DNA from: a virus
Lineage: Duplodnaviria; Caudoviricetes
DNA: 52,385 bases
Direction: 5' to 3' (one strand)
Virus record (IMG/VR): IMGVR_UViG_3300022602_000137
Location: 1-52,385 of that record
The translations under genes and the position numbers were made by a program. Shown piece by piece: positions 36,109 to 44,981 of the stretch. Below the pieces are notes generated by a model that saw only the letters and a program-made list of their open reading frames with translations, was not told where the DNA came from and did not search any database. How positions within the stretch are numbered: position 1 is the first letter of the stretch; each line of letters begins with the position of its first letter.

Positions 36109-36483
36109 TTAGTCCTTATACTTGCCGTCTGCTATATGCTGGCAAACTTCTTCATGCATTTTATCGCAGACTTTTTTACAGGTGTCCTCTTCTATTTCAT
36201 CAGGTAGTTCACGTATAGGAAACTTCTTAATATAGATTTTATAGCTGTCTTCAACAGCGGGTCTAAAAATGCTAGGTTTTGGAGTGATCTTTTTCTTATC
36301 TAAATCAAGAACACGGGCAATAACAGGGAACAAATGGCGACGATATACATGATCATCGTGGTTCATAAAATGGATTAAATCGTCGGGTAAATCAAAGTTA
36401 ATTTCACGTCCACCTTCTTCTTTAGGTGTTACAAAGTCCTCATCTTTAAAAAGATTACCCTCTAATAAGTCTTGTATGCGCAT
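36109..36483 (-). CDS. putative virion protein, first gene of late block
   Basis: MRIQDLLEG tag; ATAAATA at 36530-36536. Confidence 0.6.
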   Translation of the reverse strand: MRIQDLLEGNLFKDEDFVTPKEEGGREINFDLPDDLIHFMNHDDHVYRRHLFPVIARVLDLDKKKITPKPSIFRPAVEDSYKIYIKKFPIRELPDEIEEDTCKKVCDKMHEEVCQHIADGKYKD

Positions 36484-36562
36484 TTTTAAGCCCGTTTTAA
36501 TAATTCAGCAGAAGTCTCTGCGGTTAGAGTATTTATCGCTTTTTGAATCAACAGGCTAAACT

Positions 36563-37192
36563 TTATTCTTTGACAATTCGCTCTATTTTAGCTATACTAT
36601 CGCCTAATTGCATCTTAACCATGAGTAAATTATTATCACCAGTAACATACAAGTGCTTTCCACCCCATGTTCGATCCTTAAGCAGATCTAATTTACAACT
36701 TTTAGTTAATTTAACTTTTGAATTGCTTTCTGCCCAAGAAATAAACGTACTATGCTCGTGTGAAGTTTTACCTAAAGTAATGCGAAAATCGTAATTCATC
36801 TTTGGCATTATTATAGTATTGCTAGCTAATGTAGAATTACTAGGAGGTGCGCTGATATATTTTACTTGATTTTTATCAAGATTTGTTAGCGTGGTAATAT
36901 TCTTTTTATTATTTGTATAAACACTGATCCAAGGACTCTCAACACGCACATCTATATCAGACATCTTACTTAAAGCAGATTGTAATTTAAATGCGTAGTC
37001 TAAATCTTCTTGTGTTTTAATATGAATATTTCGCCAAGTATTTACTTTAGGGTTATCTAAATTAACTTTTTTTAAATGCTCTAAAGTAGTAGTCATATCT
37101 CCGCAACGGAACCATTGTGCGCCAGAACATACCAGCACTATTTTGTACTGGTATATTCCTCTAAATAGTTTAGTTGTTGTTTTAAATTGCAT
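36563..37192 (-). CDS. hypothetical phage protein
   Basis: About 209 aa downstream of clpA. Confidence 0.75.
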   Translation of the reverse strand: MQFKTTTKLFRGIYQYKIVLVCSGAQWFRCGDMTTTLEHLKKVNLDNPKVNTWRNIHIKTQEDLDYAFKLQSALSKMSDIDVRVESPWISVYTNNKKNITTLTNLDKNQVKYISAPPSNSTLASNTIIMPKMNYDFRITLGKTSHEHSTFISWAESNSKVKLTKSCKLDLLKDRTWGGKHLYVTGDNNLLMVKMQLGDSIAKIERIVKE

Positions 37193-39464
37193 CAGGAATA
37201 TCAACTAATGATGTATTTGAATCAACAGTTAGTAATGGAACTTTTGATTCCTTAGCTTTAGTTACTAGGCAAATTTTATCATCAGCAACAGTGATAGTAA
37301 CCCATCCACCGTTTTTCAAATCACCGAATAACATTGTTCGAGCTAACTCACGTTTAATTTCTTTATCAATTACACGTTGTAGCGGACGAGCACCCATCTT
37401 ATCATCAAATCCCTTGTCAAGTAACCAATTGGTAGCCGCTTTATCAATCTTAACACGGATACCTTTATCTTTAACTTGATCTCGCAATTCATCGATAAAC
37501 TTGCTAACGATTTTAACCATTGTTTCTTTACCAAGTTTATTAAATGTAATAACACCATCTAAACGATTACGGAACTCCGGAGTAAAGAACTTTTTAAGAT
37601 CTTTGTCACTGTAATCTTTAGTTTGTGCGCCAAACCCAATAGCGTTCTTTTCAGCGTCAGCGGCACCGGCATTAGTAGTAAGGATAAGGATAATGTTACG
37701 GCAATCTGCTTTCTTACCATTAGAACCTGTAATGAATCCATTATCCATCAACTGTAATAACACAGTCATAACATCTGGATGTGCCTTTTCAACTTCATCT
37801 AACAACAATACAGCATTAGGTGCTTCTTGAATTTGTGTAATCAACTGCCCAGCATCTTCTTCAAAGCCAACATAGCCTGGAGGGCTACCAATCAACTTAC
37901 TGATGCTATGCTTCTCTTGATATTCGCTCATATCAAAACGTAGCAACTTAACACCCAAGTTTTTAGCAAGAGCTTTAGCAGTTTCAGTCTTACCAGTTCC
38001 GGTTGGACCCATGAATACAAATGATCCTACAGGTTTATTTTCTGATTTAAGGCCTGCTTGTGCTACCATAATTTTATCTACAACTTCTTGTAAAGCAAGA
38101 TCTTGTCCATATACTTGTTGTTCAAGATTTTCTTGTAGGTTAGACAAATTACTTGATTCAGTTTCGGCAATTTTCTCTTCAGGCATATTAACCATTTTAG
38201 CCAATTCAAATTGGATCTCACGTTCACCGACTACACGTTCGTCTGCTAGTTTAAGATTAAATCGAGAGCAAGCACAATCAATTAAGTCAATTGCTTTATC
38301 GGGAAGTTTTTTATCTGTTTGATACTTAACTGATAATTTAATAGAGGCATCGATAGCATCATCTTTGATCTTAACATTATGATGATTTTCGTAATACTTC
38401 TTAATACCTTTAAGGATTTGTTTAGTAACTTCGATAGTTGGCTCGTCAACAGTAATACGTTGGAAACGACGCATTAGGGCACGATCCTTTTCAAAGTGCT
38501 TGCGATATTCTTCCCAAGTAGTACTTGCCACAACTTTAATGTTGCCTTTGCTTAGAGCAGGTTTCATCATGTTGGCAAGATCGTTAGCAGAGTTGCTAGC
38601 AGATCCTGCGCCAGAGATCATATGTGCCTCATCGATGAACAGCACAGTCTTACCTTTCTTAGTTAATGCCTTTAGTACCATCTTAAAGCGTTCTTCAAAG
38701 TCTCCACGATACTTAGATCCAGCTAACATAGCTGAAATATCTAAATTGTAAACAGTATAGTCTTTTAAGAAATCTGGAACTGCCCCCTTGACAATATTAT
38801 AAGCAAGACCTTCGGCAATAGCAGTCTTACCAACACCCGGATCACCGACTAGGATCACATTGTTCTTGCTACGGCGACCTAATGCTAGAGCAATGTTTTC
38901 AAGTTCATCTACACGACCAATTACTGGGTCAATTTTATCTTTCTTAACGGCATCGTTAAGATTTGTAGTAAATGCCGCAAGTGCTTTGTTACCGCCACCT
39001 TCACTAGCACCAGCTTCTTCTTCTACCTCATCAACTGTGCTGTTTAGGTAATCATTAAATTTATCTTTATCGATTTCAGCTTGCTGGATGTAAAAGTATG
39101 CCCAGCTACGCTTCTCACCCATCATAGCAAGGAACACGTCTGTTGGCTCAATGCGTTGACGACCATTGAATAATACTTGTGTAAAAGCACGGTTAAGTAC
39201 ACGCTCAACTGCTTGTGTTTTTTTAGGTTTAACTACAACATCTTCGATAGTAATTTCGCTAGATTTATTTTGTAGATAATCTGATAAATTTTGTTTAAGA
39301 GTGTCAACATTTGAACCAAACCCCTGAACTGTATTAGTAAAACTTTCATCAGCTAGCATGGCAAACAGTAGGTGTTCTATTGTCAGATATTCATGATGTA
39401 GTTTTTTGGCAGTTTCAATTGCTCGTTCAAATACTGCTTGTAAATTGTCGCTTGGTTCAACCAT
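37182..39464 (-). CDS. clpA: ATP-dependent Clp protease ATP-binding subunit
   Basis: Clp N-domain HEYLTIEHLL, two AAA modules (GDPGVGKT, GPTGTGKT), GSKYRGDFEER, IGF loop, GARPL. Confidence 0.95.
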   Translation of the reverse strand: MVEPSDNLQAVFERAIETAKKLHHEYLTIEHLLFAMLADESFTNTVQGFGSNVDTLKQNLSDYLQNKSSEITIEDVVVKPKKTQAVERVLNRAFTQVLFNGRQRIEPTDVFLAMMGEKRSWAYFYIQQAEIDKDKFNDYLNSTVDEVEEEAGASEGGGNKALAAFTTNLNDAVKKDKIDPVIGRVDELENIALALGRRSKNNVILVGDPGVGKTAIAEGLAYNIVKGAVPDFLKDYTVYNLDISAMLAGSKYRGDFEERFKMVLKALTKKGKTVLFIDEAHMISGAGSASNSANDLANMMKPALSKGNIKVVASTTWEEYRKHFEKDRALMRRFQRITVDEPTIEVTKQILKGIKKYYENHHNVKIKDDAIDASIKLSVKYQTDKKLPDKAIDLIDCACSRFNLKLADERVVGEREIQFELAKMVNMPEEKIAETESSNLSNLQENLEQQVYGQDLALQEVVDKIMVAQAGLKSENKPVGSFVFMGPTGTGKTETAKALAKNLGVKLLRFDMSEYQEKHSISKLIGSPPGYVGFEEDAGQLITQIQEAPNAVLLLDEVEKAHPDVMTVLLQLMDNGFITGSNGKKADCRNIILILTTNAGAADAEKNAIGFGAQTKDYSDKDLKKFFTPEFRNRLDGVITFNKLGKETMVKIVSKFIDELRDQVKDKGIRVKIDKAATNWLLDKGFDDKMGARPLQRVIDKEIKRELARTMLFGDLKNGGWVTITVADDKICLVTKAKESKVPLLTVDSNTSLVDIPDAI

Positions 39465-39945
39465 TTAATTTCCTTTGTTTTTTCCGTGCCATTTTTAATT
39501 TTAAATCACTTACATATTCTGTAAATGTAATACCGTCTAAATGATCCAATTCGTGTTGGAAACATCTAGAATCGATTCCCTCAAGTTCTATTATACACTG
39601 TTTGCCTGTGTTGTCAAGATACATGGCAGTAATTTTATTGCTTCTTTTGACTTTGAGCCATAAGTTAGGAAAACTCAAACAGCCTTCTTCGGCATCTATG
39701 TCGGCATTGTCGCCTACAAGAATAGTAGGATTGAAGAAACCCATTTCTCTTCCATCTTGTAGGCGCATGACAAATACTCTACGTAAGAGTCCAACTTGAT
39801 TAGCGGCAAGTCCAATGCCATTATTAGCCTTCATTGTTTCAAGCATTTCACGCTCAATAACTGCGGCATTAACGTGTTGATCAAAATCCCAACGTTCAGC
39901 TTTTTGCTTTAGTATTGGATCAGGTTCTTTTACTAAGTTCATCAT
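39457..39945 (-). CDS. def: peptide deformylase
   Basis: GIGLAANQ, EGCLS, QHELDH. Confidence 0.96.
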   Translation of the reverse strand: MMNLVKEPDPILKQKAERWDFDQHVNAAVIEREMLETMKANNGIGLAANQVGLLRRVFVMRLQDGREMGFFNPTILVGDNADIDAEEGCLSFPNLWLKVKRSNKITAMYLDNTGKQCIIELEGIDSRCFQHELDHLDGITFTEYVSDLKLKMARKKQRKLNG

Positions 39946-40774
39946 TGAGTTGTTGCAACCTTTGTACAATTACAGGATCTACGACAGCAGGAGTTTTAAT
40001 TTTAATTACACTGACAAACCGCCCTTTGAAACCATTGTTGTTTACATTAGGAAATCCATGCCCGCCTGCGGCATATTCTGTGCCATGCTCAACCCCTGCT
40101 CTGATGTCTAAATCTAGTGTTGCGCCAGCTAAGGTCTTAACTTTTTTCTTACAACCAATCATAGCCTCAATAGGGCTGATTTCTACAAACGCATATAGGT
40201 CGTCGCCTCGACGCTCATAGTTTGGATCAGGTTGTACTAAGATAGTAACATTAAGATTACCACGTGGCATTCCTGGAATACTATCATCGCCTAATCCGCT
40301 ATATCGAATAGTGTCACCGTGGGTAACACCAGCTGGTACGTTGATAACAACATTTTGATTTCGTCCACTAGGTAATCTATAGTTTGCCTCTAACTGCTTA
40401 CCTGTAAAAGAATCTACGAAGCTTACTGAGCATTGTATATTTAAATCCCGATTACGTCTAACCTGTTGACGATGCATGTGGCCAAAAATATCACCAAATG
40501 GATTTTGTCCACCAAACACATTGCCAAACGGATCAAAGCCACCACCGGTATTAAAATGGAATTGTGGACCACTACCGTACATACGTTGTTGATCGTATTC
40601 GGCTTTCTTTTGTGGATCGCTTAGATTTTCATAGGCTACAGAAATATCTTTGAATTTGGCTTGGTCGCCCCCTTTGTCAGGATGATGCTGATTAGCCAAT
40701 TTTCTGTAGGCTTTCTTAATTTCATCCGGGCTAGCTGTTTCGCTAACACCCAGTATATTATAATAATCAGTCAT
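39920..40774 (-). CDS. class B J-domain co-chaperone (DnaJ/CbpA-like, no Zn finger)
   Basis: DYYNILG, HPD, G/F region, C-terminal substrate-binding domains. Confidence 0.93.
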   Translation of the reverse strand: MTDYYNILGVSETASPDEIKKAYRKLANQHHPDKGGDQAKFKDISVAYENLSDPQKKAEYDQQRMYGSGPQFHFNTGGGFDPFGNVFGGQNPFGDIFGHMHRQQVRRNRDLNIQCSVSFVDSFTGKQLEANYRLPSGRNQNVVINVPAGVTHGDTIRYSGLGDDSIPGMPRGNLNVTILVQPDPNYERRGDDLYAFVEISPIEAMIGCKKKVKTLAGATLDLDIRAGVEHGTEYAAGGHGFPNVNNNGFKGRFVSVIKIKTPAVVDPVIVQRLQQLNDELSKRT

Positions 40775-40784
40775 AGTCGTAAAA

Positions 40785-40833
40785 AAGCTCCAAATAATAT
40801 AGTAATTATACTATCTTACCTGGAGCTTGTCAA
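40785..40833 (-). promoter_or_regulatory. consensus sigma70 promoter embedded in a long terminator-like hairpin
   Basis: TTGACA-17nt-TATAAT; AAGCTCCA...TGGAGCTT+TTTT with inner ATAGTA-TAAT-TACTAT. Confidence 0.8.
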
Positions 40834-40846
40834 GTTTTTGAAACTA

Positions 40847-41026
40847 TTATTTTTTCTTAGCTGGTGCTGTATCTGGTTTAGTTCCGGCTACAGTTGTGCC
40901 ATCTACTTTCTTATGATGTTTAACTTCTTTTTTGACTACAGGCTTAGCTGGTGTTTTAGCTTTCTCTGCGGCAAAAATTGGTGATACAAATGTTAGTGCT
41001 ACTAATAATGCTACTAATTTTTTCAT
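40847..41026 (-). CDS. small exported Lys/Ala/Pro-rich protein (not in ORF track)
   Basis: 59 aa MKKLVALLVALTFVSPIFA-AEKAKTPAKP..., signal peptide, AAGGA RBS. Confidence 0.75.
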   Translation of the reverse strand: MKKLVALLVALTFVSPIFAAEKAKTPAKPVVKKEVKHHKKVDGTTVAGTKPDTAPAKKK

Positions 41027-41036
41027 AATATTTTCC

Positions 41037-41681
41037 TTATATCGCTGGTTGATCTGCTTGGGGGATAACCTTTAATCCCTTAGCGTTTACTGCTGGAGTT
41101 GTTGGTGTTGCGGGTGTTGCTCCAGACCCGCTATTAAAACCCGATCCAAAACTCCCTGTTGATGCTGGAGGTGTTGATGAACCAAAACCACTGGTTGGTG
41201 CGCCGAATCCTCCTGACGCAGGTGCGCCAAATGCTGAGCCGCCGCCCATTGATGAATTGAATCCGCCACTTGATGCTCCTCCAAAACCGCCTGTTGAACC
41301 TCCAAAGCCACCGCCCATTCCTGAGTTCATACCACCCATGCCGTTGTTCATGCCCATACCCCCAGCAGGAACACCGCTCATATTAGTGTTAGTTGTCATG
41401 GTTTGTGAAGTAGCCATTGGGTTAGCGGCAGTGCCTGCTAACTTCTCTTGTGTGCGACCAAATGCCGAAATGCCTAGTACTGCGCCCATGGCGATATGAA
41501 ATAAACCCGCACCTTGTAAACTTAGTGGATTCCACTGTGTAATAGGTACATGATTAACACCTTGCCATAGTGCCCATAGTACTGGGAAAACTATCATGTC
41601 ACAGAAACAAACTAGCATGTATAACCAACCCATTGCTGGGCGCCACATGGTTTGCATCCAATCTTCTCTTTTTGCCGCCAT
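41037..41681 (-). CDS. holin-like protein (GTA 3TM-holin-like) with long Gly-rich tail
   Basis: W...WRPAMGW.Y, hydrophobic helices, LG...FGRT.EK; downstream of endolysin and spanins. Confidence 0.7.
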   Translation of the reverse strand: MAAKREDWMQTMWRPAMGWLYMLVCFCDMIVFPVLWALWQGVNHVPITQWNPLSLQGAGLFHIAMGAVLGISAFGRTQEKLAGTAANPMATSQTMTTNTNMSGVPAGGMGMNNGMGGMNSGMGGGFGGSTGGFGGASSGGFNSSMGGGSAFGAPASGGFGAPTSGFGSSTPPASTGSFGSGFNSGSGATPATPTTPAVNAKGLKVIPQADQPAI

Positions 41682-41710
41682 TTGATTCGCTCCTAATTTT
41701 GTATTACTAT

Positions 41711-42142
41711 TTATTGCGGTGTTACGTTTGGGTCCGCTTGTGCCTCTGTAGTGGGTTGAACTGTTGCTGTTGGTTCTACTATTTCTTCTGTAGTGGGTTG
41801 AACTGTTGCTGTTGGTTCTACTATTTCTTCTGTAGTAGGTTGAACTGTTAATGTTGGTTCTACTATTTGTGGCGCATTTACTAAATGCTTTTCTGCTCGT
41901 AGTCCTGCTTGATACGCCGCATCTATTAAATCTTCTGCTTCTTTCTTTGCTTTTTCAGCCGCCGCTAATGCAGCTTGATGCGCTTGCTGTGCTAAGTCAG
42001 CAATTTTTTGTTTTTCTGCTGCCAATTTTGCTTCTAAATTTGCTATCTCTGTTTCGCTCGCATCAACTAATGATTTAGCATCTAAAAAAATACTTTTTAA
42101 TTTACTAGCCGCTGCCTTTTCTAAATTTGTAAAAAAACCCAT
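41711..42142 (-). CDS. coiled-coil protein with acidic 14-aa repeats
   Basis: Ala-rich coil plus IVEPTATVQPTTEE repeats; AAGGAG RBS. Confidence 0.75.
   Translation of the reverse strand: MGFFTNLEKAAASKLKSIFLDAKSLVDASETEIANLEAKLAAEKQKIADLAQQAHQAALAAAEKAKKEAEDLIDAAYQAGLRAEKHLVNAPQIVEPTLTVQPTTEEIVEPTATVQPTTEEIVEPTATVQPTTEAQADPNVTPQ
41745..41868. repeat. 42-bp coding tandem repeat, about 3 copies
   Basis: Unit tctgtagtgggttgaactgttgctgttggttctactatttct at 41745, 41787, 41829. Confidence 0.9.
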
Positions 42143-42153
42143 TATACTTCTCC

Positions 42154-42426
42154 TTATTTAATAGTAGCAGAAATTTCTTTCTGCTTGTTATACCACTCAA
42201 TCCATGTGTCAACTTTAACTTTACATTCGTAGTATGTGCCATAGTTATCGACGATTACAGGTAGTACATCACTTAATTTGTCAGTTGATGTATCAACTGT
42301 TTTAAGATCAGGACATGCTTTCATTAAACCATCGGGAACTTCTGGAAATGTCATTTGAACATTAGTTTGTGTTGTCACACATCCAGCAAGGATAAGAACA
42401 AAAAATAATATTAATATTTTTTTCAT
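42154..42426 (-). CDS. o-spanin (Rz1-like lipoprotein)
   Basis: Lipobox LAGC, Pro-containing body, two further Cys; follows i-spanin. Confidence 0.8.
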   Translation of the reverse strand: MKKILILFFVLILAGCVTTQTNVQMTFPEVPDGLMKACPDLKTVDTSTDKLSDVLPVIVDNYGTYYECKVKVDTWIEWYNKQKEISATIK

Positions 42427-42881
42427 TGCTTGTCCTTATTAGGGTTTTTTGCCGCATCATTTATAATTTGTTTTGCGACATCATCAAATTTACAATCTTT
42501 ATCAATAGTCTTAGTAACTTCTTTAATCTTTTCTTTATAGACTATTTGAACATCGTGTATGACTTTTGTTTTTGTTTCTACTTTTTGATTTAACAAAGCA
42601 TTGGCACTATTGCTGTTTTCTTCAGCAACAGCTATTCTTTGTTTCATTGCATCTACTTGTGCTTGATAGACAGCAGTAACACCAGCACCACCATATAAGA
42701 AAATACCAGCAACACAAATCAAACCACCTAATGGTCTAATAAAAATTGTGTAGGGTTTGAATTCCGGAAAATGCGCAATAACACCAGCAAAGAAATAGAT
42801 AGCAAATCCGGCACCTGCTAGTGCTGGCCAAATCCAACTGGGTAAATCGCCTAGTATTAAACCAATTATCCAACTAAACAT
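42423..42881 (-). CDS. i-spanin (Rz-like)
   Basis: N-terminal TM segments, coiled coil, C-terminal Cys; follows endolysin. Confidence 0.75.
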   Translation of the reverse strand: MFSWIIGLILGDLPSWIWPALAGAGFAIYFFAGVIAHFPEFKPYTIFIRPLGGLICVAGIFLYGGAGVTAVYQAQVDAMKQRIAVAEENSNSANALLNQKVETKTKVIHDVQIVYKEKIKEVTKTIDKDCKFDDVAKQIINDAAKNPNKDKQ

Positions 42882-42883
42882 AG

Positions 42884-43516
42884 TTAGCTTTGTAGAATTT
42901 GTAGTGCTTGGTGATAGTGTGCTTGGCGTTCTTCTAAACCAATAGTACCACCATTAATCTTTTTAGTCATAGATAATATATCTCCACTATCTGCTAGAGC
43001 ATTTAGATTATTGCTTTCCCAGAACCAGCAAGCTGACTGGATAGCACCTTCAAAAGTTCCAAGGAATTCTGGAATTTCTTCTACCGGTGTATCAATACTA
43101 TCAGCAAATGCTTGATAGTTTGCCTTGCCGGTCAATTGAATTAGGCCACGACCACAGTATTTCCATCCATCTCCACTTGCTTCATCCCCATTACCCATAC
43201 GCCCTGCGTATGCTCTGTTGGCAATTTGTTCTGGATGATGTGCGTATTGGTTAGCAATCTCTTCTGTTGGAAAATGACTATGCCATAATTTCATTAATGA
43301 CTCTGGACGATAGTTTAAATTTTCTACTAGTGCTTTATACCCGCCACTTTCGACCATTGTTTGGCCTAAGAAAGCCGCAACACGTGGGATCGTGCTGATA
43401 TCATAGTCTGGAAGAATTTTACATAATGCTTCGTACCAGTGTTCTGAGTACGGATTGTTTTGTAATATTGCTGTACATTTTTCTTGTGTAAAATCAAAAT
43501 CAAATGGAGTTGCCAT
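42884..43516 (-). CDS. GH19 (chitinase-like) endolysin
   Basis: AAFLGQ..ESGG, ENLNY, GNG....GDGW.Y.GRGLIQLTG..NY, INGG. Confidence 0.92.
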   Translation of the reverse strand: MATPFDFDFTQEKCTAILQNNPYSEHWYEALCKILPDYDISTIPRVAAFLGQTMVESGGYKALVENLNYRPESLMKLWHSHFPTEEIANQYAHHPEQIANRAYAGRMGNGDEASGDGWKYCGRGLIQLTGKANYQAFADSIDTPVEEIPEFLGTFEGAIQSACWFWESNNLNALADSGDILSMTKKINGGTIGLEERQAHYHQALQILQS

Positions 43517-44247
43517 TATTTCCTCTCTAACGCAACGGCCCAGCCGTTGTTTTCAAAAATGAAAGTATTGCCAATTTTATTAATATTATAATTGCCAATA
43601 ACTTTAGTTAAGAACATAACCTCTGCCATGTCCTTGCTCTCTAGCACGATCGGACCTGTTACCGTATCGTATACTTCTTGTTTACTACCACTATTTACTA
43701 TTTCAAATGTTACAGGTCCGCTAAATGTTCTATTAAATGTGATTGATTCATCTAATACAACGATATTATCTGCGTAACTACCTCTAAAGAAATTACTAAA
43801 ATTGTCTAGTAGATACTTTTCAGTGGCAATTTCATAAGACTCTTTGTCTTTAGGAACTGCAGCATTTAAATTCTCTTCAGTAGCTAGCTCGCTTTTAAAA
43901 CTTTTAAAATAACGGAAGCGTAAATCTTCTAATCCAGTGACCTTTTTAACACCTTCTGCGATTTCAAATATTTGTTGACCAATGTGACGACTGCGTTCGA
44001 TCTCAACATATACACGCCATTTGCCATCATCAGTTTCGCCCGGAGTAACGTCTGAGTCTAGCACAAAGTTATAGCCCATCTCAATAAAATTTTCTAAATC
44101 TTTGGCGGCATCTTCGTGATCAACAACAAAACTTATTACACATATATCTTTGTCGTCACCGATTTTGCTTTTGAAACTATCAATTTCGAAAACTTTTTTA
44201 ACTAGATGTTTTAAATCATTAGGACGTAGTGCTTCTGTAATATTCAT
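43516..44247 (-). CDS. hypothetical phage protein (late)
   Basis: 243 aa, coupled to neighbours. Confidence 0.8.
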   Translation of the reverse strand: MNITEALRPNDLKHLVKKVFEIDSFKSKIGDDKDICVISFVVDHEDAAKDLENFIEMGYNFVLDSDVTPGETDDGKWRVYVEIERSRHIGQQIFEIAEGVKKVTGLEDLRFRYFKSFKSELATEENLNAAVPKDKESYEIATEKYLLDNFSNFFRGSYADNIVVLDESITFNRTFSGPVTFEIVNSGSKQEVYDTVTGPIVLESKDMAEVMFLTKVIGNYNINKIGNTFIFENNGWAVALERK

Positions 44248-44819
44248 TACGCTGGTGCTCCGCCTGTTGGTGCTCCACCCGGTGCGGCCATTGGTGCGGC
44301 TCCTTGCGCTGGAGGAGCAACTGGTGCTTGTGGTGCTGGTTGTCCTGCTGGAGTTGTACTATCAGTTAGTACAGCTTCGTTATTATCATTTTTCATCTTG
44401 TCCATATAACCTTTATAAACATCAAAGGCTACAGTTTTAGGCATCTGTACTTCTACAATCCATATAGGTTTACGGTCTAGTTTACCTTTCTTGCTATTAG
44501 GACGTAGGTCGTCTGGAGTACGTATTTTACGTGGTTCTAGCAAATGACTCTTTTGGAATGTAACTTTGCAGCCTAATTCTGTTAAACGCTTACCTGCTAC
44601 TGGATTAGGCATTTTATCTGCTTCCCACATAAAACCAGCAGTAATCCAATGACGATCAACACGCGGTCCATAAGCTAATTCGCCGTCTATCCAATTTTCG
44701 TATACATAAACATCAAGCTCTTCAAAAACTCGTTCAAAATCCTTCAATACAGCAAGGCTACTGTTGTTTTCGTATAGTTCTTCTATGTTTTTAATTACGT
44801 CTAAAATATCGTGGTGCAT
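44247..44819 (-). CDS. hypothetical phage protein (late)
   Basis: 190 aa, TAAATA at 44846-44851, Pro/Ala tail. Confidence 0.8.
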   Translation of the reverse strand: MHHDILDVIKNIEELYENNSSLAVLKDFERVFEELDVYVYENWIDGELAYGPRVDRHWITAGFMWEADKMPNPVAGKRLTELGCKVTFQKSHLLEPRKIRTPDDLRPNSKKGKLDRKPIWIVEVQMPKTVAFDVYKGYMDKMKNDNNEAVLTDSTTPAGQPAPQAPVAPPAQGAAPMAAPGGAPTGGAPA

Positions 44820-44898
44820 GTTGTAGTCCTAGATGATCTTATACTTATTTAGCTGGTTTAAAATCATAACGTATAACTTTATTATTTTGTGTATTCGT

Positions 44899-44981
44899 TA
44901 AATAATAGTGTAGGACCTCTGTAGTTATCGGGGCGGTCGCTACAAGTCCTGCTTTTTTAACCTAAAGTAGGAGCAACTTAG
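44899..44981 (+). promoter_or_regulatory. late-promoter-like box plus structured phoH leader
   Basis: TAAATA 44899-44904; stem 44910-44952 followed by T6; alternative stem covering AGGAG. Confidence 0.6.

Noticed and set aside
36507-36522. Small GCAGA-GACT-TCTGC hairpin in the leader of the late block
   Set aside because: Only 5 bp with no supporting repeat or covariation; may be chance or a simple 5' stabiliser
37182-40774. Bacterial chromosome or host contamination (clpA, def, dnaJ)
   Set aside because: Genes overlap phage-type ORFs, share composition and lack bacterial neighbours such as clpS, fmt or dnaK
41745-41868. 42-bp direct repeats as a CRISPR mini-array
   Set aside because: Contiguous with no spacers, length a multiple of 3, and they encode the peptide repeat of the ORF
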